DNA from: an uncultured Thermodesulfatator sp.
GTDB taxonomy: Bacteria > Desulfobacterota > Dissulfuribacteria > Dissulfuribacterales > QOAL01
DNA length: 64,000 nucleotides
NCBI GenBank assembly: GCA_964581255.1
Contig: CAZOMT010000015.1
Coordinates: 91,186 to 155,185 of the forward strand
Reading direction: 5' to 3'
Part shown: piece after piece, positions 41,683 through 50,077 of the stretch
Numbering within the stretch: the first letter of the stretch is position 1
How the letters are laid out: every line of letters starts with the position of its first letter
Position numbers and translations under genes: made by a program
Notes under the pieces: model-generated
Database searches by the model: none
What the model was told of the DNA's origin: nothing
Seen by the model: only the letters and a program-made list of their open reading frames with translations

Positions 41683-42513
41683 TTATTCAAGCGTCTTGGT
41701 TACAAGACAGTTCATCCCAGTTTCAGCGGTGACCGATGCAGCACCTCTGGTGGCCTTGTCTTTATCCTCAAATACCCCAAATACTGTGGAACCGCTGCCC
41801 GACATCAAAGATGCCTCTGCACCTGCCCTCAACAGGCTTTTCTTTATGGTAAATAACTGAGGATAGCGGGCACAGACCGGCTCTTCCAGATCATTTTGCC
41901 ACAAGTTACCAGTTAATAGTCTGCGACGGTCAAAAATAGTTATATCAGACTTTCTTGTCAACTTGAAATTCTTATATGCCCATCTGGTACTCACACTGAA
42001 GTCTGGAAAGACCAGCACATACCAGTTGGATTCGGCACTACATGGTTGAAGGTTGGTTCCTGTTCCTGTTCCTATGGCACAGGGCCAATCAGTGAGAAAA
42101 AAGGGTACGTCAGCACCAAGACGGCTTCCAATGTCAAAGAGCTGTTCAGGGCCAAGGGGTTTGCCTGACAATTCATTGAGGGTATTGAGGGTGACAGCGG
42201 CATCTGAGCTACCTCCACCCAAACCGCCACCAGATGGAATCTCCTTTTCTATCTGGACTGTTATGGCAATTTTCAGTCGAGCTGCTTTGGTGAACGCCTC
42301 TGCGGCCTTGTATACCAGATTGTCAGGGCCAGAGGGAAGCCATGAAGGACATTTGATGCGAATGGAGGTTTCAGTGTCATTGGATGCCTCTATTTCGAGT
42401 TTGTCAAAAAGGGCCACCTTTTCGTACATGGTCAGTATCTCGTGATAACCATTAGGCAGCCGGTCCAGGATATATAAGAACCTGTTGATCTTTGCTGGTG
42501 CCAGGACAACCAT
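41683..42513 (-). CDS. ispE: 4-diphosphocytidyl-2-C-methyl-D-erythritol kinase
   Basis: 276 aa with APAKINRFLYI and the GHMP motif PSGGGLGGGSSDAA. Confidence 0.93.
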   Translation of the reverse strand: MVVLAPAKINRFLYILDRLPNGYHEILTMYEKVALFDKLEIEASNDTETSIRIKCPSWLPSGPDNLVYKAAEAFTKAARLKIAITVQIEKEIPSGGGLGGGSSDAAVTLNTLNELSGKPLGPEQLFDIGSRLGADVPFFLTDWPCAIGTGTGTNLQPCSAESNWYVLVFPDFSVSTRWAYKNFKLTRKSDITIFDRRRLLTGNLWQNDLEEPVCARYPQLFTIKKSLLRAGAEASLMSGSGSTVFGVFEDKDKATRGAASVTAETGMNCLVTKTLE

Positions 42514-42576
42514 GAATTTTTTATATCTATCCCTATTGGACTGTGTGGAAGTGAAAGTATCTGTTTGGCATGGAGG

Positions 42577-42879
42577 TCATTTTGATTTTTTCACAAATCT
42601 CATCCTCAAGTCAAAGAGGATGTGCTCTATCAATGCCTTTTCGTCCCCAGTCAGGTTGCCATCTGTTTTCTCCTTAAGCATTGCGATTGTGTCTATGGCG
42701 TGTCTTGCAAGTTGCAGGTTGCAAACAGATTCGTTGCTTTCAGGGTCTGGAATTTCGCCAAGATGCACCAGGGCCGAGGTGTTAAGTGAGAGGATAAAAG
42801 TTGCAAATGTCACTTGTGGAAGAGGTATTTCCTGATTTTCAGTAACATTCTGATCCTTTTTTTTTGTGGTGTTGTCCAT
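42577..42879 (-). CDS. DUF1844-family small protein
   Basis: I trimmed the start to MDNTTKKK (ATG at 42879). VTFATFILSLNTSALVHLGEIPDP...LARHAIDTIAMLKEKTDGNLTGDEKALIEHILFDLRMRF matches my recollection of DUF1844. Confidence 0.7.
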   Translation of the reverse strand: MDNTTKKKDQNVTENQEIPLPQVTFATFILSLNTSALVHLGEIPDPESNESVCNLQLARHAIDTIAMLKEKTDGNLTGDEKALIEHILFDLRMRFVKKSK

Positions 42880-43113
42880 GGTTTTGCGCCTCCTTTTCAA
42901 AAAAAACCCTTTGCCGCATCAGGTCGAGAAGAAACCTTTCTGATTTTGAGGTATGAAATAGTGGAATTTCAGGTTAGACTCTTTTTGCCATTAAAATTAG
43001 AACATACTGACAACGGGTACAAGGCCCATTTTGCTAAACAGGCCTCAAATCATATTTTTCTGGCCCTCATGGCATGTCATCAATAGAAACTTGGCCAATT
43101 GTAATAGCGCGAT

Positions 43114-44574
43114 ATGAACTCATCCGATTCCTTTGATTCGCTTTTCCCTCCTGGAGCCTTGGAAGGCATAGTTTCAAACAGTAAAGATTCTTCTGACCAA
43201 CCCTATCAGCCGAGACAGAAGATCTGGAAGATTTCCGAGCTCCTTGAACACTTGAACGATATTCTCTTCATGGAATATGGCAAGCTCTGGATAGAAGGTG
43301 AGATATCCTCCATCACCATTCCCCGTTCAGGCCATCAATATTTCACCCTTAAGGATGAACGTGCATCATTGAGGTCTGTGCTTTTCAAGAGCCAGGCAAG
43401 GGCCTTGAGTGTTCCCATTTCCGAAGGCCAGAAGGTGGTTTGCCTAGGAAGATTGAATATTTATGGAGCCAGGGGCGACTTGCAAATGATAGTCGAGGCC
43501 CTGGAACCCTGGGGAGAAGGAAGGCTCAGAATCGCATTTGAGGAATTGAAGCGAAGGCTTGGCTCAGAAGGGCTTTTTGATATGGAAAACAAGAAGCCTT
43601 TACCAGAATATCCCGACAAGATCCTGGTCATTTCTTCTACTTCAGGGGCGGCAATAAGAGATTTCATCAAGACTGCAAAGGACAGATTCCCTGCCATAAG
43701 AATACTAATATGCCCATCTGTTGTGCAAGGCCAAGAGGCCCCAGAAGAGCTGGTAAGGGCACTTGATCTTGCAGAATCCATGGCTGGCAAACGTGATGTC
43801 ATAGTGATCGCAAGGGGTGGGGGCAGCCTGGAAGATTTGTGGGCGTTCAATAGTGAAGATTTGGTAAGGAGGATCTTTTCCTGTAAGGTGCCTGTTGTCT
43901 CTGCAGTTGGCCATGAAGTGGACTTTACCTTATGCGATTTGGTGGCAGATGCCAGGGCGGCTACCCCTACTGCGGCAGCCCATCTGGTACTTCCTTCAAG
44001 GCCAGAGCTTGCCAAGGTGCTGGAAGGGCTCGAGTTGAGGCTCACAAGTGCCTTCAAGAACCGGATTTCTTTCTTTAGGCAGCAACTCGACAGGCTCTGT
44101 CTCAGGCTCAAAGATCCAAGAAGAGCCATTATAGAAAGGCGACTCAGGTTGGACGAACTCGAAAGGCGTCTTATCACCAATATTGGCCATAGGCTTCAAA
44201 GACTTTTCGAGATGCATGGGGCCCTTTCCCAAAGACTGCATGCCAACTCTCCAAAAAGGCTTCTGAAATCGAGGGCCCAGCAGCTCAGGGCTCTTTACGA
44301 AAGGCTTCCCAAGGCAATCTCATCTCATTTGAAGGTCAAGAGAGCGCTTCTCGAGGCACATGCTGGGCGTTTGGAAGCTGTGAGCCCTCTTGCATGCCTG
44401 GCCCGGGGTTATAGTTTGGTTTACCGTGAAGATAGTGGAGCGATCGTAAAGGATGCAAGGCAGGTTGGGCCTGAAGATAAACTCAGGATAGTGCCGGCGC
44501 ATGGAAAGATTATTTGTAAGGTATTGAAGACCATCAATGGCAATAAAAAAGTGGAGGATGATCCTGTTGAATGA
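43114..44574 (+). CDS. xseA: Exodeoxyribonuclease VII large subunit
   Basis: 486 aa with an OB-fold N-terminus (LWIEGEISSITIPRSGHQYFTLKDE), IARGGGSLEDLWAFN and a long helical C-terminus. Confidence 0.93.
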   Translation: MNSSDSFDSLFPPGALEGIVSNSKDSSDQPYQPRQKIWKISELLEHLNDILFMEYGKLWIEGEISSITIPRSGHQYFTLKDERASLRSVLFKSQARALSVPISEGQKVVCLGRLNIYGARGDLQMIVEALEPWGEGRLRIAFEELKRRLGSEGLFDMENKKPLPEYPDKILVISSTSGAAIRDFIKTAKDRFPAIRILICPSVVQGQEAPEELVRALDLAESMAGKRDVIVIARGGGSLEDLWAFNSEDLVRRIFSCKVPVVSAVGHEVDFTLCDLVADARAATPTAAAHLVLPSRPELAKVLEGLELRLTSAFKNRISFFRQQLDRLCLRLKDPRRAIIERRLRLDELERRLITNIGHRLQRLFEMHGALSQRLHANSPKRLLKSRAQQLRALYERLPKAISSHLKVKRALLEAHAGRLEAVSPLACLARGYSLVYREDSGAIVKDARQVGPEDKLRIVPAHGKIICKVLKTINGNKKVEDDPVE

Positions 44575-45499
44575 GAAGGTTGCGTCTTTGAGCAGCTCAA
44601 GGGGCTTATGCCGCCTCGTTGCTATCCTTGCAATATTATCATTTGTTTTGGTGAGTCATTTTTCGTTCAAGGTAAGGAATTCTTTTGCCTCGAAAAGGCA
44701 AGGGGTTTCCCTTGATCTTAAACCTGGTTTTCTTTATCAAGGGGGAATAAGCCGGGTTATTCTTCATGCCCACAAGGGAGATGAAATAATTGGGGCCAGT
44801 TTTGCCGCCAAAAGATTGCCCTTGAAGAAGATAGGCAGAAGCGATTACATCTGCCTTATTGGTGTTGGGCTGAAGGAAAAACCAGGCTATAAAAAGCTCG
44901 AGATAAAGCTTTTTTCCCCTCCAAAGGGCACATTTACCATCTCAAAAAACGTGATGGTGAAGAGGAAGAAGTATCCTGAAGAGCATCTCAAGGTGCCGGG
45001 AAAGATGGTTGAATTCCCACCACATATCCTTGAAAGGGTACTATCGGATCAGAAGGCGGTTCGCCGCGCCTGTGCTACCATCAGTAGGAAGATTTACTGG
45101 AATACGCCCTTCATTTGGCCTGTAAGATCGAAGCTATTGAGCCCTTTTGGGCTAAGGCGTTTCTTCAACGGTAAACCAAGAAGCCCCCATTCTGGCATAG
45201 ACCTTAGAGCCCGTACTGGAACACCAATCAAGGCATCCAACAACGGAAGGGTGGCCCTTGTGAGAAACTGTTATCTCAGTGGAAATACCATTGTCATCGA
45301 TCATGGAGGTGGCTTGTTCACCCTCTATGCGCATCTATCCAAGGTTGAGGTGAAAAATGGCCAGGAGGTTCGAAGGGGGCAGGTCATAGGGCTTGCAGGA
45401 GCAACTGGCAGGGTAACTGGGCCTCATCTCCATTGGGGAGTGAGCTTACTTGGAGCTAGGGTGGACCCTGTGCAGCTGATCGGGCTTCTGGGTTCCTGA
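44537..45499 (+). CDS. M23-family metallopeptidase
   Basis: 320 aa with HSGIDLRA and GPHLHWGVSLLGARVDP. The start is uncertain, because the track ATG overlaps xseA by 38 nt. Confidence 0.85.
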   Translation: MAIKKWRMILLNEKVASLSSSRGLCRLVAILAILSFVLVSHFSFKVRNSFASKRQGVSLDLKPGFLYQGGISRVILHAHKGDEIIGASFAAKRLPLKKIGRSDYICLIGVGLKEKPGYKKLEIKLFSPPKGTFTISKNVMVKRKKYPEEHLKVPGKMVEFPPHILERVLSDQKAVRRACATISRKIYWNTPFIWPVRSKLLSPFGLRRFFNGKPRSPHSGIDLRARTGTPIKASNNGRVALVRNCYLSGNTIVIDHGGGLFTLYAHLSKVEVKNGQEVRRGQVIGLAGATGRVTGPHLHWGVSLLGARVDPVQLIGLLGS

Positions 45500-45582
45500 A
45501 TTTCAAGCCCGAAATTCAAGATGAACCTTTGCCTCTTCCGATTTTATTAATAGGGAAGATTGCTTACAAGAGAGCGCCAATA

Positions 45583-45999
45583 ATGGACAACAAAGGTATA
45601 GAATTACAGGGGCTGAATCTCCTTAGTGCCATCCAGGTAAAGGATCTTCAAAAGGAAAAGCCAGCCATAAAACCAGTTGAAAAGGCCAGCAAGGGCAACC
45701 TCTATGCAGATGTAAAGAAGGGCAAGGCTTCGGAGAAGGACGTTGAAGCAGGGCTTTCAACTGGTGTAACAGAAGAAGACGCCAGCAATGCCTCCAAGAT
45801 CATGGCAGATCTCTTGCGGGACATGCCAGATCTGGAAAGTGACTGGAAATACGACCAGGAACATGGGATGTTGGTGGTGGTAATAAAGAACAAGACCACA
45901 GGAGAAATAATCAGGCAGATTCCACCCGAAGAGATCCTGTCTGGACATTTTATGCTGGGAACAGATGCGGCTGGCAACATAATAGATAAAACTGCATAG
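45583..45999 (+). CDS. FlaG-like protein
   Basis: I trimmed the start to MDNKGIEL. The C-terminus WKYDQEHGMLVVVIKNKTTGEIIRQIPPEEIL resembles the FlaG-family core (hairpin followed by E-[VI]-IRQIPPEE). Confidence 0.55.
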   Translation: MDNKGIELQGLNLLSAIQVKDLQKEKPAIKPVEKASKGNLYADVKKGKASEKDVEAGLSTGVTEEDASNASKIMADLLRDMPDLESDWKYDQEHGMLVVVIKNKTTGEIIRQIPPEEILSGHFMLGTDAAGNIIDKTA

Positions 46000-46453
46000 A
46001 TTTTTTTGTCTGAAAATCCTTCAAAAACCACGATCATAGGGTTGAAAAATAATAGGATAGAATTTGTCGATTTAATTTAATCTATCCAATATCTCTCTAG
46101 CTTTTCAAATTCTCTTAATATTTCATCTACTTGCAAGGGCAATTTTAGCCAATCTGTCAAGATGCCTGGATTGCTTTTTGTTCAAACCAGTGATATATGT
46201 AAACCTTGTTGGTTAGTCTGGTCGTAATAGAAGCAAAAAAGGGACGACAAAGGTGTCTTAGGATAAAGGACGTGCCTGTTCCTCCAAGTAATGGAGAAAT
46301 ATGCCTTTTTCCTAAAGACTTTGTTGCATTCGAGAAATAATTGTCAAATATATCAAAGACATATTCAAGGCTATCACTTTTGTGCAGTTTGTTTTTTTGA
46401 ACTGTTTCGTGATTTTTCGACAAAGACTGTAATTACAGAAAGGAGGAGGTTTT

Positions 46454-47434
46454 GTGATGGTACAGAGGGAAAGTCATGCTGTTGGAGGTGTGGGGTCTTC
46501 CAAGACGAAAGGCAAGGATTTGCGAATGGAGGCCTTTTTAAAGTTTTCTTGCCCCTTTTACTGGCCAATCCATGTGTTTTTTATGATGCTCGTGTGTCTG
46601 TTTTCAACTCCGTCTAAGGCACTGGCACTGTCCCTGGCAGAGGCATCAGGGGGTGGGGCATTGTCTGTCGGAGGCAGGGGGGGAAAGGTCCTTGAGGTGA
46701 CCAACCTGAACAATTCGGGTCCAGGAAGTTTCCGCGCAGCCTGTGAAGCAGAGGGGCCTAGAATAGTCGTTTTCCGGGTTGGGGGCACCATAGTAGTAAA
46801 GGAGGAGCCGATAGTGATACACTCCCCCTATATAGCCATTGCAGGCCAGACGGCGCCAGGTGATGGCATTCTCCTGCGCTCAGATCCTTCGATGGCGAAG
46901 CCACCATTACTGCTGAAGGACACCCATGATGTTGTCATCCGCTATCTCAGGGTGATGCCTGGACCTATGGCCAATCCCACGGTAAGAGATGCCTTGGGTA
47001 CCTATATACACGTGCACGATGTTGTCATTGATCACTGTTCTTTGAGCTTGGCCACTGACGAGATCAATGGGGAGTTTTTGAAGGTCACCGACCCTGTCGG
47101 AGCCGGAGAATCTGAAGATGGCCCAGTTGTGAGATCCTTTGTGGCAGAGCCTAATCCTGCAATGGACCCATATACACGTGTCAACTTCTTTGTTCAAGCA
47201 ACCACTGGAGATGGTGGTCCCATCAATTGGCAGATTGATTTTGGAGATGGTACACATGCATCTTCGCAAGATTCGGTCTCGCATGTCTATAGCAAGGCTG
47301 GAACCTATGTCGCAAAGGTGACGGTATCAGACGCTCACGGCAACACTGTCTCCAAGGTTCTGCAAGTAGTAATAAATGACAGCCGTCCAGCACCGGTTAC
47401 TGGATTGCGGATTGGAGCAGTAAGTCTGAAGTAA
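46454..47434 (+). CDS. Secreted protein with a short pectate-lyase-like beta-helix segment fused to a PKD domain
   Basis: A strong RBS (GGAGGAGG) precedes the GTG-ATG start, and there is a hydrophobic signal-like segment. GGRGGKVLEVTNLNNSGPGSFRAACE and VIDHCSLSLATDE resemble the PL1 pectate-lyase N-terminal half. FGDGTHASSQDSVSHVYSKAGTYVAKVTVSDAHGN is a PKD motif. Confidence 0.7.
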   Translation: MMVQRESHAVGGVGSSKTKGKDLRMEAFLKFSCPFYWPIHVFFMMLVCLFSTPSKALALSLAEASGGGALSVGGRGGKVLEVTNLNNSGPGSFRAACEAEGPRIVVFRVGGTIVVKEEPIVIHSPYIAIAGQTAPGDGILLRSDPSMAKPPLLLKDTHDVVIRYLRVMPGPMANPTVRDALGTYIHVHDVVIDHCSLSLATDEINGEFLKVTDPVGAGESEDGPVVRSFVAEPNPAMDPYTRVNFFVQATTGDGGPINWQIDFGDGTHASSQDSVSHVYSKAGTYVAKVTVSDAHGNTVSKVLQVVINDSRPAPVTGLRIGAVSLK

Positions 47435-47471
47435 GAAGTTTTCTTGTCACAGTTTAAAAGATAGTTTTTTC

Positions 47472-47513
47472 AACGACCCTTATTTCCAGTGAGAGATAAG
47501 GGTCGTTTTTTTT
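47472..47513 (+). terminator. Rho-independent terminator
   Basis: Perfect 12-bp stem (AACGACCCTTAT / ATAAGGGTCGTT), a 12-nt loop and a run of 8 T. Confidence 0.85.
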
Positions 47514-47771
47514 CAACTGCGTTTATATGGCAATTCAAGGGCTGGATTTGGTCTCTTGAGGATATCTAGAGCTTTCTATACTGCGCCAAGGGCCATTTTT
47601 ATGGGTATTTCACCTTTGACGAATGATACCTACTGACGAATGTCTTGGAAAATGGGAGCACAGATACAAATGGTTCTTGGTGGGGATGTTTTCTCTGAAA
47701 ATTCCGTATAACTAATAAAGGCCATTTCAAATAGGCTTTTTCATTTTAAAAAGGCCACAAGGGTTAAAGGT

Positions 47772-48320
47772 TTGAGGCAAAAAAGCCAGGAAATTGAGAT
47801 AAAATCGCTTCTTTCAGGGGATGGACAGGCTTGGGAAGCCTTTGTCAGGAAGCTCTCTCCCATCATTTTTAATGTGATAAGAAAGACCTTACAGTCATCT
47901 GGCATCTATAAGGATGAGGCTCACGATCTCCTCCAGGATTTTTTTGTCAGGCTTTGTGCCAATGATTTTCACATATTGCGACAATACGCACCCCAAAAGG
48001 CAAGTATCACCACATATCTTTCCATTGTTGCCAGAAACATGACCCTTGATCATCTTAGACGTAGACGTAACCATTTTCTTTCTCTTGAGGATTTGCCAGA
48101 ACAAAGCTCAGGACCTGAAGGGCAAAAAGGTGCAAAGGTGGATGTGCCATTCAATGTCCTGCCGCCGAGGCAGCTTCTTGTTATGAGACTTTTGTATGAA
48201 AAGGATATGGATGTAAAAGAGGTTTCGGATTTCCTTGGCATTACTGAACAGACAGTAAGAAGCATGCGTCACAAAGCGGTGTCCAAGCTCAGGGAAAGCT
48301 TAAAGAATCTTGATTCGTGA
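47772..48320 (+). CDS. ECF-type RNA polymerase sigma factor
   Basis: 182 aa with a TTG start. It has region 2 (DLLQDFFVRL...YLSIVARNMTLDHLRRRR) and region 4 HTH (LPPRQLLVMRLLYEKDMDVKEVSDFLGITEQTVRSMRHKAV). Confidence 0.85.
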   Translation: MRQKSQEIEIKSLLSGDGQAWEAFVRKLSPIIFNVIRKTLQSSGIYKDEAHDLLQDFFVRLCANDFHILRQYAPQKASITTYLSIVARNMTLDHLRRRRNHFLSLEDLPEQSSGPEGQKGAKVDVPFNVLPPRQLLVMRLLYEKDMDVKEVSDFLGITEQTVRSMRHKAVSKLRESLKNLDS

Positions 48321-48374
48321 GGGGATGTTTCTGCCGTGACTTACGTATAAAAGATATAAGAGGTTTAAAAAAGA

Positions 48375-48893
48375 ATGACTTGCAAGGCTGGAAGATATGA
48401 CAAGGATGATTTGGAAGGTTTGAAGTTGTGGAAAAGAACCTGTTTCAGGCCACAGATGGTTGGGACATGTCCAGGACCAAACATCCTTGCAGCGTACATT
48501 GATCATACCCTTTCGGGTAGCGAACTTGAGGAAGTTGAATCTCACCTCATAAACTGTAATGAGTGTCTTGAAACCGTTATTTTGGTGCGTGATGCCCTTA
48601 AAAACAGTGAAGACGCCATGCCTTCTTCTCTGGCGATCCATGATATCCTCAAGGATATTCCTGACCAAAGGGGATGTGTTTTCAAAATCAAAAAGGTGTT
48701 GTCATCGTTATGGTGCCCTGCAATCTTGCCCAGATACGCCATGACAGCCTTAATGATATTGGCATGCATGATAGGTTTTTACACTGGGTTTCAGACAGGG
48801 ATGGAGCAAAAGGCGTTTTATACGACCGTCTTGGCCGAGCTGGAATTTTCCCTTGATGTACCCGACTATGATCTTTTGGAGGAGGCGAGATGA
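48375..48893 (+). CDS. Anti-sigma factor (zf-HC2 type) with C-terminal TM segment
   Basis: The H-x3-C-x2-C motif (HLINCNEC) follows AAYIDHTLSGSELEEVE. There is one TM segment (YAMTALMILACMIGFYTGF). The start could instead be the ATG at 48456 (MVGTCPGP). Confidence 0.75.
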   Translation: MTCKAGRYDKDDLEGLKLWKRTCFRPQMVGTCPGPNILAAYIDHTLSGSELEEVESHLINCNECLETVILVRDALKNSEDAMPSSLAIHDILKDIPDQRGCVFKIKKVLSSLWCPAILPRYAMTALMILACMIGFYTGFQTGMEQKAFYTTVLAELEFSLDVPDYDLLEEAR

Positions 48894-49345
48894 TCAAACA
48901 AAATGTATTGACCGCGCTTCTGGTTTCATCAATCCTCCTCAACGGGTTTTTTCTGGGCGGCTATTGGTATGCACACCATAGGGCCTCTGGGCTCAAGGAT
49001 GGACGGCAGCGCATTCAGGCGATTGTAAGACAACTCGATCTCGATCCAAGCCAGAAAGAGCTGTTTTTAAGGCTCAAGACAAAGGCTGTGAGGCTAAGAA
49101 GATCATACAAGAAGAGAATGGCCAATTTGGAGGCCAGGCTTTGGAAATGTCTTCTCAAGGAACCGAAAGACATGGAAGAGGCAGAAGGGATTATTCATGA
49201 GATGTCTTCTGTAAGGGAACAATATCAAAAGGAGATCATACGTATTATCGGTATGTTCATAGATTCATTGAACAAGGAGCAACGAAAAAAATTTTCCAGA
49301 ATCACCGGTGATAAGAGGAAACTGAGGGCCCTGATAGCAGGATGA
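48890..49345 (+). CDS. Membrane-anchored periplasmic helical protein (Spy/CpxP / heavy-metal-resistance-like)
   Basis: 151 aa with an N-terminal anchor, then LDLDPSQKELFLRLKTKAVRL...EQRKKF helical repeats of the kind commonly found next to ECF sigma/anti-sigma pairs. Its start forms an ATGA overlap with the anti-sigma gene. Confidence 0.6.
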   Translation: MIKQNVLTALLVSSILLNGFFLGGYWYAHHRASGLKDGRQRIQAIVRQLDLDPSQKELFLRLKTKAVRLRRSYKKRMANLEARLWKCLLKEPKDMEEAEGIIHEMSSVREQYQKEIIRIIGMFIDSLNKEQRKKFSRITGDKRKLRALIAG

Positions 49346-49378
49346 CGATCCTGTTCCAAATCCAGAAAGGAGACGAAA

Positions 49379-49699
49379 ATGAAAAAGCGGTTGATAAAGG
49401 CAGCTATTGTTGCAGCCATCGTTTTCCTGAGTAGCCCAGTACTTGCAGGAAGTGTGCACGGGACTGGTGGTGTACAGGGAAAAGGCATAGCTCACGGAAA
49501 AGGCATAGTGAAGGGGCAGGGCACTGTCTCTGGTACAGGAGTGGTGTTGTACAGACAGGGCAATCATATAGCCTGCAAAAAAGGCAGCGGTACTGTAACT
49601 GGCAAAGGCATCGCCATAGGAAAAGGTACGGCTGTTGGCAGGGGCAGCGGCATAGGCCATGGATTTGCAGCTGGAAAGGGAAGGTTCAAGAGCCGTTGA
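49379..49699 (+). CDS. Secreted glycine-rich hexapeptide-repeat protein
   Basis: 106 aa with a signal peptide (MKKRLIKAAIVAAIVFLSSPVLA). The mature part is 6+6 copies of G-x-[VIA]-x-G-x, split by YRQGNHIACKKGS. An RBS (GGAGA) precedes the start and a terminator follows the stop. Confidence 0.65.
   Translation: MKKRLIKAAIVAAIVFLSSPVLAGSVHGTGGVQGKGIAHGKGIVKGQGTVSGTGVVLYRQGNHIACKKGSGTVTGKGIAIGKGTAVGRGSGIGHGFAAGKGRFKSR
49448..49696 (+). repeat. Tandem 18-nt (hexapeptide-coding) repeat region inside the Gly-rich ORF
   Basis: The repeats read GSVHGT GGVQGK GIAHGK GIVKGQ GTVSGT GVVLYR ... GTVTGK GIAIGK GTAVGR GSGIGH GFAAGK GRFKSR. At DNA level, ggaaaaggcatag occurs twice in tandem. Confidence 0.75.
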
Positions 49700-49726
49700 C
49701 AAGGCTGATCAGATAGGATTTCAAGC

Positions 49727-49759
49727 AGGGTCCGTCCTTTGGTGACGGGCCCATTTTTT
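49727..49759 (+). terminator. Rho-independent terminator of the ECF cassette
   Basis: The stem is GGGTCCGTC / GACGGGCCC (9 bp including one G-U pair), with a 7-nt loop, followed by A and seven T. Confidence 0.8.
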
Positions 49760-50077
49760 TGTTCTTCCAGCCAAAGATTATCTGAGCGAGATATAGGGAG
49801 ATGCATGTTTCATTTCGTGCCATCGGGGATCTGGTCGAAGGTGTTCACAAAACAAGGCTATTTTTAGGTTCAAGCCTCTTATAGAATGTACCTAGAATGT
49901 AACCTGGCTATCTTTAGCCGAGTTGCCATGTACGTCCAGCGTACTATCAGCCTACCGGAGTATCATGTGGAGTTCAGTTGTTCATGTCTTATGTACGTAA
50001 GTAGGGATACCAACAAAACCATTGTGTTTCGTATGCCTCTATAGTAATTTTTGGCCTCAAAAAGCGAGGTGTTTTTC

